Virus record (IMG/VR): IMGVR_UViG_3300008113_000139
Origin: an uncultured virus (IMG/VR IMGVR_UViG_3300008113_000139)
Taxonomy: Duplodnaviria; Heunggongvirae; Uroviricota; Caudoviricetes
Strand: one strand, 5' to 3'
Length of the DNA stretch: 64,000 bases
The position numbers and the translations under genes were made by a program. The notes under the pieces are model-generated. The model was not told where the DNA came from. It worked only from the letters and a program-made list of their open reading frames with translations, and did no database searches. Below are positions 8,719-19,200 of this stretch, in pieces (within the stretch, counting starts at the first letter, position 1; each line of letters starts with the position of its first letter).

Positions 8719-11700
8719 ATGACAGGACCTAACTTTTACAAAATAGACTTTGAGAGAGAAGTAGTTTTACAAGGAAAATCGTCAACATTCATAACTATCA
8801 ATAGGAATGACGATGTACTTGGCACAAACGAAAATCTTTATGTAATGTTCTATCCAAACACTCGAACATTTGAGAGCGCAGGTGTGTTTGAAATATCACA
8901 GACATCCGCAATCGGAGGTGAGTGTGACTTTACATCGCAGGGATTTATTGATCTTGATCTTTCTTCAGTAAACACACTTTCGCTTAAGAACATAGGCGAA
9001 GGTCTGTACGTCAAGAACACCCAAGATTACATGCCGGACAGCGAGGGTCCTGTGACAGTCGAAAAAATCGACTATCTTAATACTTCGTCGGGCATTATTA
9101 CAAAGGTCACTCTTGGTGGACCAACCGGTTCTTCGGAACCGTTCGTGGGCGCAACAGGTACCACTGCGACTAAGATATTAAACGTAGGATTCTATTCCGA
9201 CGTCGATAAAAACAACTGGAAATTCAACACGGTACCTTTAAGTGAAATGGAGTCCACCTTGTATAGTGTGCCGGGAACGGGTTCAGCAAAAGACTACACA
9301 GAGTTTGAAAATCCTTTTGATGGATCAGTGTACGGAGCAACAGGCGGAAGCGAAGGTGGTTTTACCGGCACTGGTTTTGTTTCAAGATCTTTAGACGGTT
9401 GGAGTTCGTCAAGCATTCTTTCTTCATCGTCTTCCCTAAAAGAAAACCGAGGAATCACATTTAGAATTGATTACGAAGGCAACCAAGATAGCCATCTAAA
9501 GCTGAACATGCTCATCTTTAGATATGATCCTACCGATCCTGCATATGGCTCTATCTCACAAGCTTTTCCTCTTTTGATTCCGCAAGGAATAACTGGCCCA
9601 AACAACCCATTTAGTTACGCTACTGAATTGTTTGGTTTCAAGTCAGGTTCGACGGGTGGTGATATTTCTGAAAACATAGACTATCAAGAACTACACTTAT
9701 TTGGTTATACTGATACAACGGTCAGAACAACAAGAACTACTTATCAGAACAACATAGAAAACGCAGTTGATCCGATATACGACGATCGTGCTTCATACGG
9801 TGTACTTAAGACAAATCCTAAAATCACAGGAAATGTTAAATTAACCGTAGATTCCAAAGGGGAATTGACCATGAATTCTTTTGACGCAAATCCTTTGCTT
9901 GCTGATTCCAAATACAAAAGATTTCCCGTTAGTCCTGATTCTATGTACCAAAGAGACCTGTATAGTTTTTTCAAAAATACTCCAAATGAGCTTATATATG
10001 AACTATACCAGGTAGATGATCAATACCAAAACACAAAGAGAGATTACTATCAACAATATGACAATTTCTATAACTACGGTGTAGAACAATTGGCAAGTAA
10101 ATTTTACGACGAAGATTTCACATTTCTTGCTCCTCTTTGGATGAGAAAAGTTCTTCCTGACTATTTTGTGATATTCAGAGCAGATCATCCTGCTTCTCTC
10201 GCTTCTTACAACGGCTCTTCTTCTGATGAGCTGTTCAAAGAAGTGTTCAAAGACGCACGTATCATCAAGACGTTTGATATGCGAGAAACGTCAAAACTTG
10301 GTAAGTACATTAGAAAAATTGTAAACGACCCAAGATTTATTGAAAGACCTATAGAAGTCAGTTTTGACCAAGATGTTCCTACTACATGGAACGGTATATC
10401 TTACAAAGACGGAACTATAACAGGCAAAGGAGAACTTTTAGGATCATTCTGGTCAGAAGATCGTCCTATCAAAGAATTGGAAGATTTCATAACAAGTGGT
10501 TTTGAAAGAAACGGTATCATAAGCACGAACTTAATCAACCTGGAATTTCTCTTTGATGATCCAGAAGCTTCTACGTATTCAATCAATAGATACTTTGGCA
10601 TGTACGTAACAGAAGTACAGCTAGCAGAATTCGAACTTGCTTCTTCTGTACTAGGAAAGATCCCAGGTCAAACGCCGCCTCCCAAGCCAGGTGTTGACGG
10701 AGAACCTTATTCTACGAGAACTTTCGTTCAGTCAAACACAGGAGGAATACAGCTACCCATAGAATACTATCATAATACATCATATATCAACAACACATCG
10801 ATCATTCCATTTTACCAAGGGACTGTCTTAGGTAAGTTTCCATTGCCAGCAATGGTCGATGATCCTCTTAGAATTTTCTACGTCAAAGATCGTGATGATG
10901 TGTTCAAAAGAGTCGTTGCTGAAACCGAAGTAGATTACGGATTCACTGGTACCACAGAGTACAAGCGCGTTACGCAACTTAAATTATTCGACACGCAAGA
11001 AGACATAAGTAAGTATAGCGGTCCTGTGCAAATCATATCACAGAGCGATACTACTTTATTGAACGAAGGTCAATCGCAGTTGGTCATACATCTGATAAAT
11101 CAAGCGAACACTGGAAAAGTCATAGCTGATGAAGAAGTTCTAGAGATCAGTGTCAAAAATTACAACGATCCTGAAAGAGATTCTGATTATTACTTTCAAG
11201 TTTCCGCAGTCAGTGGCACAGCAACAACATTTACATACTTTCAAGACCAACAAGTAACGGAAGTAGCTTCTTCATTTACTCAGCCCGCGGTCGGAGGAAC
11301 CGCGAGCGTTTCTTTTGTGAGTACACAGTCATTTACACAAGATGAAACTCTCTACATTGTCACGGGAGGGTATTACAAAATAGTTTCCGTATCCTCAACG
11401 ACTTCTGCGATAATTAAGAATCTCGGTAACCCGGAAAACACCGCGGCAGGCAACACAGTGTCAAGCTCAGCGCTGGTCGGATCTTTCCCAACCGGGATGG
11501 CCAAGTATACATACACTGCACTTGGGTATAAGTTAGACATCGATAACAATGTATCTTTGGATCTTGAGCAAGGCTATTCAGGAAGCAGTTCCAACTATGC
11601 TTTACTTGATTCTTACAGAGCAATCATAACATACCCAGAATTTAATCTGTCTGTATTGAATGGCACGAATGGTATCGACATTGATATAAAATCGCAATAT

Positions 11701-14700
11701 ACGCAATACAGGTGGAGAATGACCGCAAATCCTCTAGGACTTTTGAAAGGCAAGGCTTGGTCTTTTCCTGTCGAAGATCCTAACGGATACGACTATATTT
11801 CTAACTTTAGCAACGAAGGTACCATCAAGGATGTAGTAGTCGCAATATCGAGTTGCATAAACTCGTTTGCGAACTCACCAGTAATTGCAACGCCAGACGG
11901 TGAAAAAATAGTACTTAAGTCAAAACTTAAACCTCTGGACGGAAACACAATCGAGTTTTCGCGCTACATGGTCGATAGCAAAAGTTACATTAAGAACATC
12001 GGTTTTTACGAAGATGGAAATGCAATCGTCGACAAAAGCATAAAGACTGTTGACATAGCTTCATACACATCTAGCGATGAATTGGATCTTACAATAACCA
12101 AAACTTCTGATGTCTTTGCCAAAACCAATTTCTTGGTTAAGATTCTAAAGACCAGCGGAGGAACAAACGTAATCATAAGATCCGGCATTGATGCCTCGTC
12201 AGCCTACACAGCTGAAAATACCGGAACTTATCAATCCTTTTTTACAACGAATAGCGTTTTCTCCGATTCCTCTATTCCTTTCACAGTCGGTCTGGACTCT
12301 GTGACAAGCGGGACCTATCAGAATTTTGTGATTGAATTGACTATAGGAGGAGTAGTATCACAAAAACTGATTGGAGGGACCGCACGAAAAAGAGCAAGGG
12401 CAAAAATATCAACAGCAGACGGCGAAAGATACTATCAAGACAGGCGTATCAACGTATCATCAACTCTTTTGACTGGAAGTTCTTCAGTGACAGTATCCGC
12501 CGTAGAAGGAATTTACGTAGGAGCACCGGTAGGCGGAGAAGGTATTCCATCAGGCACAAAAGTTTTGCAAGTATCAGATACTACGAATGTGATCGTGATT
12601 AGCAATTCTGCTACATCATCGGGCAATTTCACGCTAAACTTTGGTGAACTATCAATTCTAAACTCTTCATCTTTCTTACAGCAATGGTTCCAAACAGCAA
12701 AAAGTCAATTCTCAAGGCTACAACCTTGGAACGTCCAAGGCAAGTATGTGTATTCGCTGCCTTACTTAGAAGAACCTGTAGTTGATGCTAAGAACCTGGT
12801 ATCTTCTTACAAAGATTCAGCATCTTATACAATCATTGAGATTGAAAATGATAACCAAGAATTTTATCTGTCTGATGAAAATCGAATAGTTGCGTACCGT
12901 ATGTTCAGACCAACTTTTGGTATGTTCTCAATGTTTCCTATCAAAGAGTTTGATTTCGACTATTTCTTATCCGACTACTCATATTCCCCGGTTCTTGAAA
13001 CTTTTCGTTACTTTTTCGACGAGACAATCCAACAAGGAGAATACGTAGAGCTACCTACTGACGAAAACTTTGTTGTGGTTCCACAAATAACTGATCCAGC
13101 AGACAGCACAGGTGAAAGCAAGCTAAGCTGGACCGGTACTTACCAGTTCAACTTAGAAGGATACAACGAGCAATCGCAGACATGGAACACATTGTCCGAG
13201 GCACTGATCACTTCTACTTCATCGACAGCCGGTTTTGTGATCAACACATACACACCTTTTTATAGGTACGATGAATACGAACATCCGCAAAGATACGATG
13301 ATGACAGTTCTTACCTAATACGTGGTACTGGGTATAGAAACTTTGAAAGATCCCTCATCACATCCAAAGATAACAACAAAGTTGTTTCTGCTATCGATGT
13401 TAAGAAATTTAGATTGAAGTATGTTGGTGGTACAGTAGGTGCTACGGCACTTCCTTACTTAAATGTTCAAAAGTCTGACTTCTCTCAAGACCAAGACATT
13501 CGTGAATTCGGAGGTTTCGTTGGTCTTACCGACATTCTAAACCAAAATGATCAACAAGAAATTGCTATCTTGAAGGACAACGGAAAGTACGTTGAGTCGT
13601 ACTTACGTCAACAGCTTCAGAGTGAATATGATCGTTTGCGCGAAAACTTTACGAAAGAATTTTCCACATTTTCAAGAGTGGTTCCTTACGTAAACAAATG
13701 GGTACAAGAAGGAACAGACGCAAGAGACAACTACTATCGTCTTAATACATCAAGAGCTTTTGGGATAACAAACTTTTCCCCTGACGATAGCGTAGACTTT
13801 GCCGAACCTATTATCTTATCACACGAATTTCCGTACCTTGATACGGTTCCCAAAGACTATCCTGAAAGCAATGTAGGATCTTCGAGATCTTATATGTTTG
13901 CTAAACTATCTGACATTGCATCCAGCGGAAAGTCTTGGTACGAACTTATCACCACAGACAATTCTAATGATTGGTTCTTAAAATACTTCGCAGTAGGATA
14001 TCCTACCGAACTCGACTACTATGGTACCGCAATTCCTAAACCTCGAGAAGAACGCTTTACGTTCTATACATTCAATCCTGGCCTAACAAGAGCACAGACA
14101 CTGTTTAGAGGCGTAAAACTACAAGTGGTTGATATCGATGATACTAAACAAGATCTACCAGAGATACCTTCTTCAACCAAATATGATCAGTATAAGTTTG
14201 CGGCAATTCAAAGAACAATTCCTTACAATTTTTATGAGTCTGAGTCTCCTATCGAAATAGAAGTAATCAAGAACGAAAAGTACAAGTCAATCTTACTAAT
14301 AATAACAAGAAGGACTTATGATTACCGCATTCAGTCTGGTTTAAGCGACTACACATTTAGCTATGCAGCCATCGACAACTTAAAGAATAACGATCAGCAG
14401 CAGTACAAGTTTGATTCGGCAACTACCGGCATTACCGAGTTGCTAACATTCGCTCCTTATGGATCAACCGGCACTTCTTATACGGATCAAACAACATACA
14501 GACCAAGACAAGCGTTCTTTGGAGGAGGCTATCTCAAAGAAGGAGACCCTAAACTTAGTGGCGCGATTGATACAGCAACCAATTTGCCATCGTACAATTC
14601 TGGTTCAAAGTACGTAAACTTTAATTTCGTACCAGCTGACAGTTTCTTCCCATTCGTGGCATCTGACGAGATCAATCCATTCGTCGAAAAGTATCCAATA

Positions 14701-16206
14701 GGTAATACTTCAACAACGTATCCTTTCTTATATGACTTTAACAGCACTTACATAATTCCTAAATCTTTCAACAAAGAAAGTTTTCTAAATAAGATTCTAT
14801 CGACCGGCTTTAACGATGCAAATTCCACTTATTACGTTTATGACTTCACAGACACAAGAGCCGCTAGTGATTCGATTTTGATAGACAGTGCTGGATTCTC
14901 TTCTCCTTCTAGGTATCAGTACTTCAGAAACACAACAGGCGCCGTAAACACAAACGAAGGTCTTTACACATTCACATATCCACAAGGCGCGTATCCTTTC
15001 TTGACTCTTGAGTCTTTTAATATAGGAGGTGGGGTGAATTTCTACGAAAATTCTAAGAACCTCTTTACTTTCTCTAACATTAAGAAAAACATAAACTCAG
15101 ACAATGGTCTGGTCAAATACTATGAAGTAACTGACTTAGGAAAAGTTACTACACAAGATTTCAAATTGCGAATAATAGCAGCAGATCAAATCAAAAAGAC
15201 CGGTGTTTTGAATTACACCGTGGACCAAGATCGCCCGCCGGAGTATGCAAACACACCGGTTATTGGTTATGACCTCGTGAACACAAATCAAAACGAATTG
15301 GTAATTCGTCACCGTGGGTATTATGAACCAAAAGCAATGGACATAATATCTTATTGGGTCAGAGAAGACGAAGAAGTTACTCGTCACTTTGCCAAAGATT
15401 TCATACTGTCAAACACAAGGATCAGTAGTCTTCCAAACTATTCCGGTGTCATCAGGAATTACGGCATCAACAAAGTAGCTGCACAAGAAATCTTAAAGAT
15501 AGTCGAAGGCTCCGCTTACAAAAGTGTGTATGAATTTATTCACGAGATTGCCATTGACCGCAAAGATGTTCAAGTTCTAAACAGCACATGGGATGCTGGT
15601 TACTTTAGAAGATATACTGACCTGGACATTTATGAAAACATAGACGGATACGTCGAGACAAAAGAATTTAAGTCTTTCCTGGGATCTAAAGCAATGACGG
15701 TTCCTAAGTCTCTTGATGTACAAACGTTTACTGCAGAAGAAGCCAAGTTTGAAGTCTCTGAGCCTTCACAGAGTAACGGTCTAGTACCGCAGGTGAGTAG
15801 CACAAGACCTACGTTGACTGTTAATCTTACACTTGGCGAAAGACTTGTCAGGTTCTTAAAAGAGGGTATAGACAATTCTTCAAGCGATGAGTTTTCGTGG
15901 ATGAATGATACATTAGGTCTTAATCTTACAGTAAGTGAACTCGACACTTTGAAAGATTCTTATATCAGGGAAAACATATTACCTCTTTACGAAGTATCCG
16001 ATGTGATTCTTTACGCAGTGCAGAAAGACGGAATACCTATCTTCGTAAGCAACATAGATGAAGCGCAAAAATCAGCGGCCGGATATAGACAAGACAAAGA
16101 TTGTGAAGTTTCCAAAAATTCTAATTTTGACTTTTTGGTCAGAAAAACACTAGATACAAAGAAATCGTACGGTTACACTGTGTCCGTCACATTCAAAAGG
16201 ATCTAA
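8719..16206 (+). CDS. Very large putative virion structural protein (baseplate wedge-like)
   Basis: 2495 aa uninterrupted ORF, Ser/Thr/Tyr rich, in the structural block; specific family not recognised. Confidence 0.6.
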   Translation: MTGPNFYKIDFEREVVLQGKSSTFITINRNDDVLGTNENLYVMFYPNTRTFESAGVFEISQTSAIGGECDFTSQGFIDLDLSSVNTLSLKNIGEGLYVKNTQDYMPDSEGPVTVEKIDYLNTSSGIITKVTLGGPTGSSEPFVGATGTTATKILNVGFYSDVDKNNWKFNTVPLSEMESTLYSVPGTGSAKDYTEFENPFDGSVYGATGGSEGGFTGTGFVSRSLDGWSSSSILSSSSSLKENRGITFRIDYEGNQDSHLKLNMLIFRYDPTDPAYGSISQAFPLLIPQGITGPNNPFSYATELFGFKSGSTGGDISENIDYQELHLFGYTDTTVRTTRTTYQNNIENAVDPIYDDRASYGVLKTNPKITGNVKLTVDSKGELTMNSFDANPLLADSKYKRFPVSPDSMYQRDLYSFFKNTPNELIYELYQVDDQYQNTKRDYYQQYDNFYNYGVEQLASKFYDEDFTFLAPLWMRKVLPDYFVIFRADHPASLASYNGSSSDELFKEVFKDARIIKTFDMRETSKLGKYIRKIVNDPRFIERPIEVSFDQDVPTTWNGISYKDGTITGKGELLGSFWSEDRPIKELEDFITSGFERNGIISTNLINLEFLFDDPEASTYSINRYFGMYVTEVQLAEFELASSVLGKIPGQTPPPKPGVDGEPYSTRTFVQSNTGGIQLPIEYYHNTSYINNTSIIPFYQGTVLGKFPLPAMVDDPLRIFYVKDRDDVFKRVVAETEVDYGFTGTTEYKRVTQLKLFDTQEDISKYSGPVQIISQSDTTLLNEGQSQLVIHLINQANTGKVIADEEVLEISVKNYNDPERDSDYYFQVSAVSGTATTFTYFQDQQVTEVASSFTQPAVGGTASVSFVSTQSFTQDETLYIVTGGYYKIVSVSSTTSAIIKNLGNPENTAAGNTVSSSALVGSFPTGMAKYTYTALGYKLDIDNNVSLDLEQGYSGSSSNYALLDSYRAIITYPEFNLSVLNGTNGIDIDIKSQYTQYRWRMTANPLGLLKGKAWSFPVEDPNGYDYISNFSNEGTIKDVVVAISSCINSFANSPVIATPDGEKIVLKSKLKPLDGNTIEFSRYMVDSKSYIKNIGFYEDGNAIVDKSIKTVDIASYTSSDELDLTITKTSDVFAKTNFLVKILKTSGGTNVIIRSGIDASSAYTAENTGTYQSFFTTNSVFSDSSIPFTVGLDSVTSGTYQNFVIELTIGGVVSQKLIGGTARKRARAKISTADGERYYQDRRINVSSTLLTGSSSVTVSAVEGIYVGAPVGGEGIPSGTKVLQVSDTTNVIVISNSATSSGNFTLNFGELSILNSSSFLQQWFQTAKSQFSRLQPWNVQGKYVYSLPYLEEPVVDAKNLVSSYKDSASYTIIEIENDNQEFYLSDENRIVAYRMFRPTFGMFSMFPIKEFDFDYFLSDYSYSPVLETFRYFFDETIQQGEYVELPTDENFVVVPQITDPADSTGESKLSWTGTYQFNLEGYNEQSQTWNTLSEALITSTSSTAGFVINTYTPFYRYDEYEHPQRYDDDSSYLIRGTGYRNFERSLITSKDNNKVVSAIDVKKFRLKYVGGTVGATALPYLNVQKSDFSQDQDIREFGGFVGLTDILNQNDQQEIAILKDNGKYVESYLRQQLQSEYDRLRENFTKEFSTFSRVVPYVNKWVQEGTDARDNYYRLNTSRAFGITNFSPDDSVDFAEPIILSHEFPYLDTVPKDYPESNVGSSRSYMFAKLSDIASSGKSWYELITTDNSNDWFLKYFAVGYPTELDYYGTAIPKPREERFTFYTFNPGLTRAQTLFRGVKLQVVDIDDTKQDLPEIPSSTKYDQYKFAAIQRTIPYNFYESESPIEIEVIKNEKYKSILLIITRRTYDYRIQSGLSDYTFSYAAIDNLKNNDQQQYKFDSATTGITELLTFAPYGSTGTSYTDQTTYRPRQAFFGGGYLKEGDPKLSGAIDTATNLPSYNSGSKYVNFNFVPADSFFPFVASDEINPFVEKYPIGNTSTTYPFLYDFNSTYIIPKSFNKESFLNKILSTGFNDANSTYYVYDFTDTRAASDSILIDSAGFSSPSRYQYFRNTTGAVNTNEGLYTFTYPQGAYPFLTLESFNIGGGVNFYENSKNLFTFSNIKKNINSDNGLVKYYEVTDLGKVTTQDFKLRIIAADQIKKTGVLNYTVDQDRPPEYANTPVIGYDLVNTNQNELVIRHRGYYEPKAMDIISYWVREDEEVTRHFAKDFILSNTRISSLPNYSGVIRNYGINKVAAQEILKIVEGSAYKSVYEFIHEIAIDRKDVQVLNSTWDAGYFRRYTDLDIYENIDGYVETKEFKSFLGSKAMTVPKSLDVQTFTAEEAKFEVSEPSQSNGLVPQVSSTRPTLTVNLTLGERLVRFLKEGIDNSSSDEFSWMNDTLGLNLTVSELDTLKDSYIRENILPLYEVSDVILYAVQKDGIPIFVSNIDEAQKSAAGYRQDKDCEVSKNSNFDFLVRKTLDTKKSYGYTVSVTFKRI

Positions 16207-16214
16207 GATATATA
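16207..16214 (+). promoter_or_regulatory. Putative late promoter GATATATA
   Basis: Part of a 21-bp exact repeat (agatatatagaaaaaaggcag) of 2007-2027. Confidence 0.6.
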
Positions 16215-16239
16215 GAAAAAAGGCAGTAAAATACCAAAG

Positions 16240-19200
16240 ATGCTAACACTACAGAACTTACTTGAAAGCGATAGTCTATCGACAATCATTGCCAAGTTAA
16301 ACAATAACTTTCAAGTTATTTCACTATCAGGCGGAGGTCCTCAGGGAATACGCGGTGATCAAGGCATACCCGGACTTCCGGGTCGTATTGGAGCGACAGG
16401 ACCATCAGGAGCAGTCGGACCAACGGGTCTAAGCGCATACATGATTCCGTTTGCAACGGGAACGAGCGGAACTACAGGTCCTTCTACCATCGCAGGACCT
16501 TGGCCAGTAGCATCTTTAGGATATCTAGAAAGTACGATTGGAACTGGAACAACGGGTGACATATACATCGATCACTTTAATCGTGGATATTGGATGTACT
16601 TGTCAGCCGCAGACGGTACAGGTCAATACTCAGACGTAGGACCTTCATACCCTCCTACCGGCACAGGTTATTTTGGCGGGGCTGGATGGTATTTCTATCC
16701 ACAGCAAGAAGAACAAAATCTTACGGATGTTTGGACATATGATTATTCCACTTATCTTACTTCGCCTCCGTACGAGACTGGCCCTTTTGACGAGTCTTCA
16801 TCGCCTCTCAAAATACCTAATGCCAGGTTCAACAGTAAATACGGAACAATATGGGTCTCTGCAGGAAACTCGGGTTCGACTGGGTCCAAAGAATATGAAA
16901 CTTCATCAATCGAAAGTTGGGGACAAGACTATGGTAATCCTGCTCTTCCTTACCCACAACCGGGAAGGTGGAACGCTGGTGTTGATCGCTTGATGTTCAA
17001 ATTTAGTTTGGATTCACTGCCGTATCACAGTATTGTAAATGCTAGAGGAGTTACTGGCCTAAACACACAAGCAAATACAGAGAACACATCTTATCCAGAA
17101 GTTGGCATCATTCCTATCGCAGGCGATGGCTACTGGGTAAAACCTATCTATGATACTCCTCTTGACGACTACACACCTCTTTTCTTTTGGTCAGAACTTC
17201 GCCCGACCAGTGGAGTAGGTGATGAAAGATACAGTACTCTTGGACTTTATCAATACACAGCAACCCTGGCAACTCCTTACGGCGGCGGTGCCGGTGTTAC
17301 TGCTGGATCAACCGCAGGATCGATATTTCCACTTGACACTAAGTCACTGTTCGTTTTATCAACAAGACTTGCCCCTACGCCTGAAGACTATGATCAGATG
17401 GCAGGCGGCGCTGGCATAACAAACCAAAGAACGATCAACTTAGCCGAACTTGTGCTTGACGTCAAGTCTCTGACCACGTCAAATCAGGTAGTCTGCGCTC
17501 TGCCTCAGGATCTTGTTCTTTCTTCTGACTATGTCAACACAGGCGACAATACATACCGTGAAGCATCAGGTTCTTATCCGAACCGAGTCTTTCAAGGATT
17601 CATATCAGCAGCAAACGGCAAGAACGTAGGAGGAAACATCACTCTGGCCAACTACCTAGATTTTGGTGCAGGTGTTGGAACCGAAGGTACTTTCCCTGAC
17701 ATGCCTCTAAACGGAAACCAAACAAGAAGAAGTTGGTACGGTTCTGGCTTTAGGTTTGATGATGTATCAACATGGTCACAAAACTCTTCAGATCCTCTTT
17801 CCGAAGGATATGCAAGATTGGCGGGTATGACAGAACGCGGTAAGAAAACTTGGAACACATCAAACGACGATACATACTTCTTGAGTGAACTCATACTCTA
17901 TGCTTCTCAGTTTAAGATAGACGGAGCAGTCGCAGGAACTGGTCACAACATATCAAGCCAAGATCTAAACTCTGCAACCAACCAACAAAGAAGCTTGCCC
18001 GTCTTGTATGTTTCTCCTTTCAGAAACATCGGTATTGGGACATTCACTCAAGACGACACTGGTGTTTGGGAGCCTCTTGCGAAATTACATTCGCACGTCA
18101 ATCCAAAAGGCCTCACTGCATCGATAAATGACCCATCGAACATATGGTTCTCACTGGGCGCTTCTCTTACAGATCCGCTTAACGTCAACAATGAAGTTTC
18201 AAAAGCGGCTCTGTTTAGTTCATCGACCACAGGCACGAACAACCAAGGGTTTATCGACATATACTTAGGTAGAGTCGTTGAACCTACATATGAAAGCGCC
18301 AATCCGTATTCTAGCGGAAGTACTCCTGTTTCTTCGCCTACTTCTGAAATGCACATTGCATTTCGTAGAGAAGGATGGTACAATAGCAATCTTGATTCTT
18401 TAAGAATCGGAGTATCGCCTGCGACTGGAACCAACATAGGTTCTGGCCTAACTGCTTACAGAAATGAATTCCAACTGGCTTTGCATCCTCTAAACAATGA
18501 AGCCAATGATTCAAGCAACACTGGAACAGCAATAACAGGCTTTGGTGTTCATAACCTTTGGCCACGTACTCGTTTCCACGCATTCGGAAAAAACAAATAC
18601 AACGAAGCTGATCGCGGAGAAACCGACAACGATACAATCTATCCTGGGTTTGCGTATGCTGCACAAGGAAGCATAGGAAGTTCTTACCCTTACTATCAAG
18701 CAAGTTATCGCTCTAACACGCAAGTTATTACCGACTTTATCGGCGATTCTTATCTTTATCCAGCAGGTATTCTTGAGTATGCTTACACATCTCTGGGCGG
18801 TTCACCAACCGCAGGTGTAGGTACCGCAAGTCTTGGTCTTTACTCAACCAACTCTGCAAACTATCCAACTCGCGAAAAGATCTCTCCGACACGACACATC
18901 ATACCTTACGGCAACACTGGAAGTAACGGTGCTCTTTACGCTGCTTACTATAGCGATGACTTGACCGGCATAACAGCATCAACTGGAGCATTCAATGGAG
19001 CTCATAGACACGGTGGAACAGGTGCTGCTGCTTTTAAACCGGTTCACTACCAAGGTTTCAACCTGTTCAGAGACTTAATGAACAAAGGAGACGACAAAGA
19101 TTCTACTACTACATGGATCGCAGGTACCGACGGTGGCAGAGAAAACGGTGGTTCGGCAATTCTTACGAATGCTGAAGGTGACTTTGCAATATCATCGATC

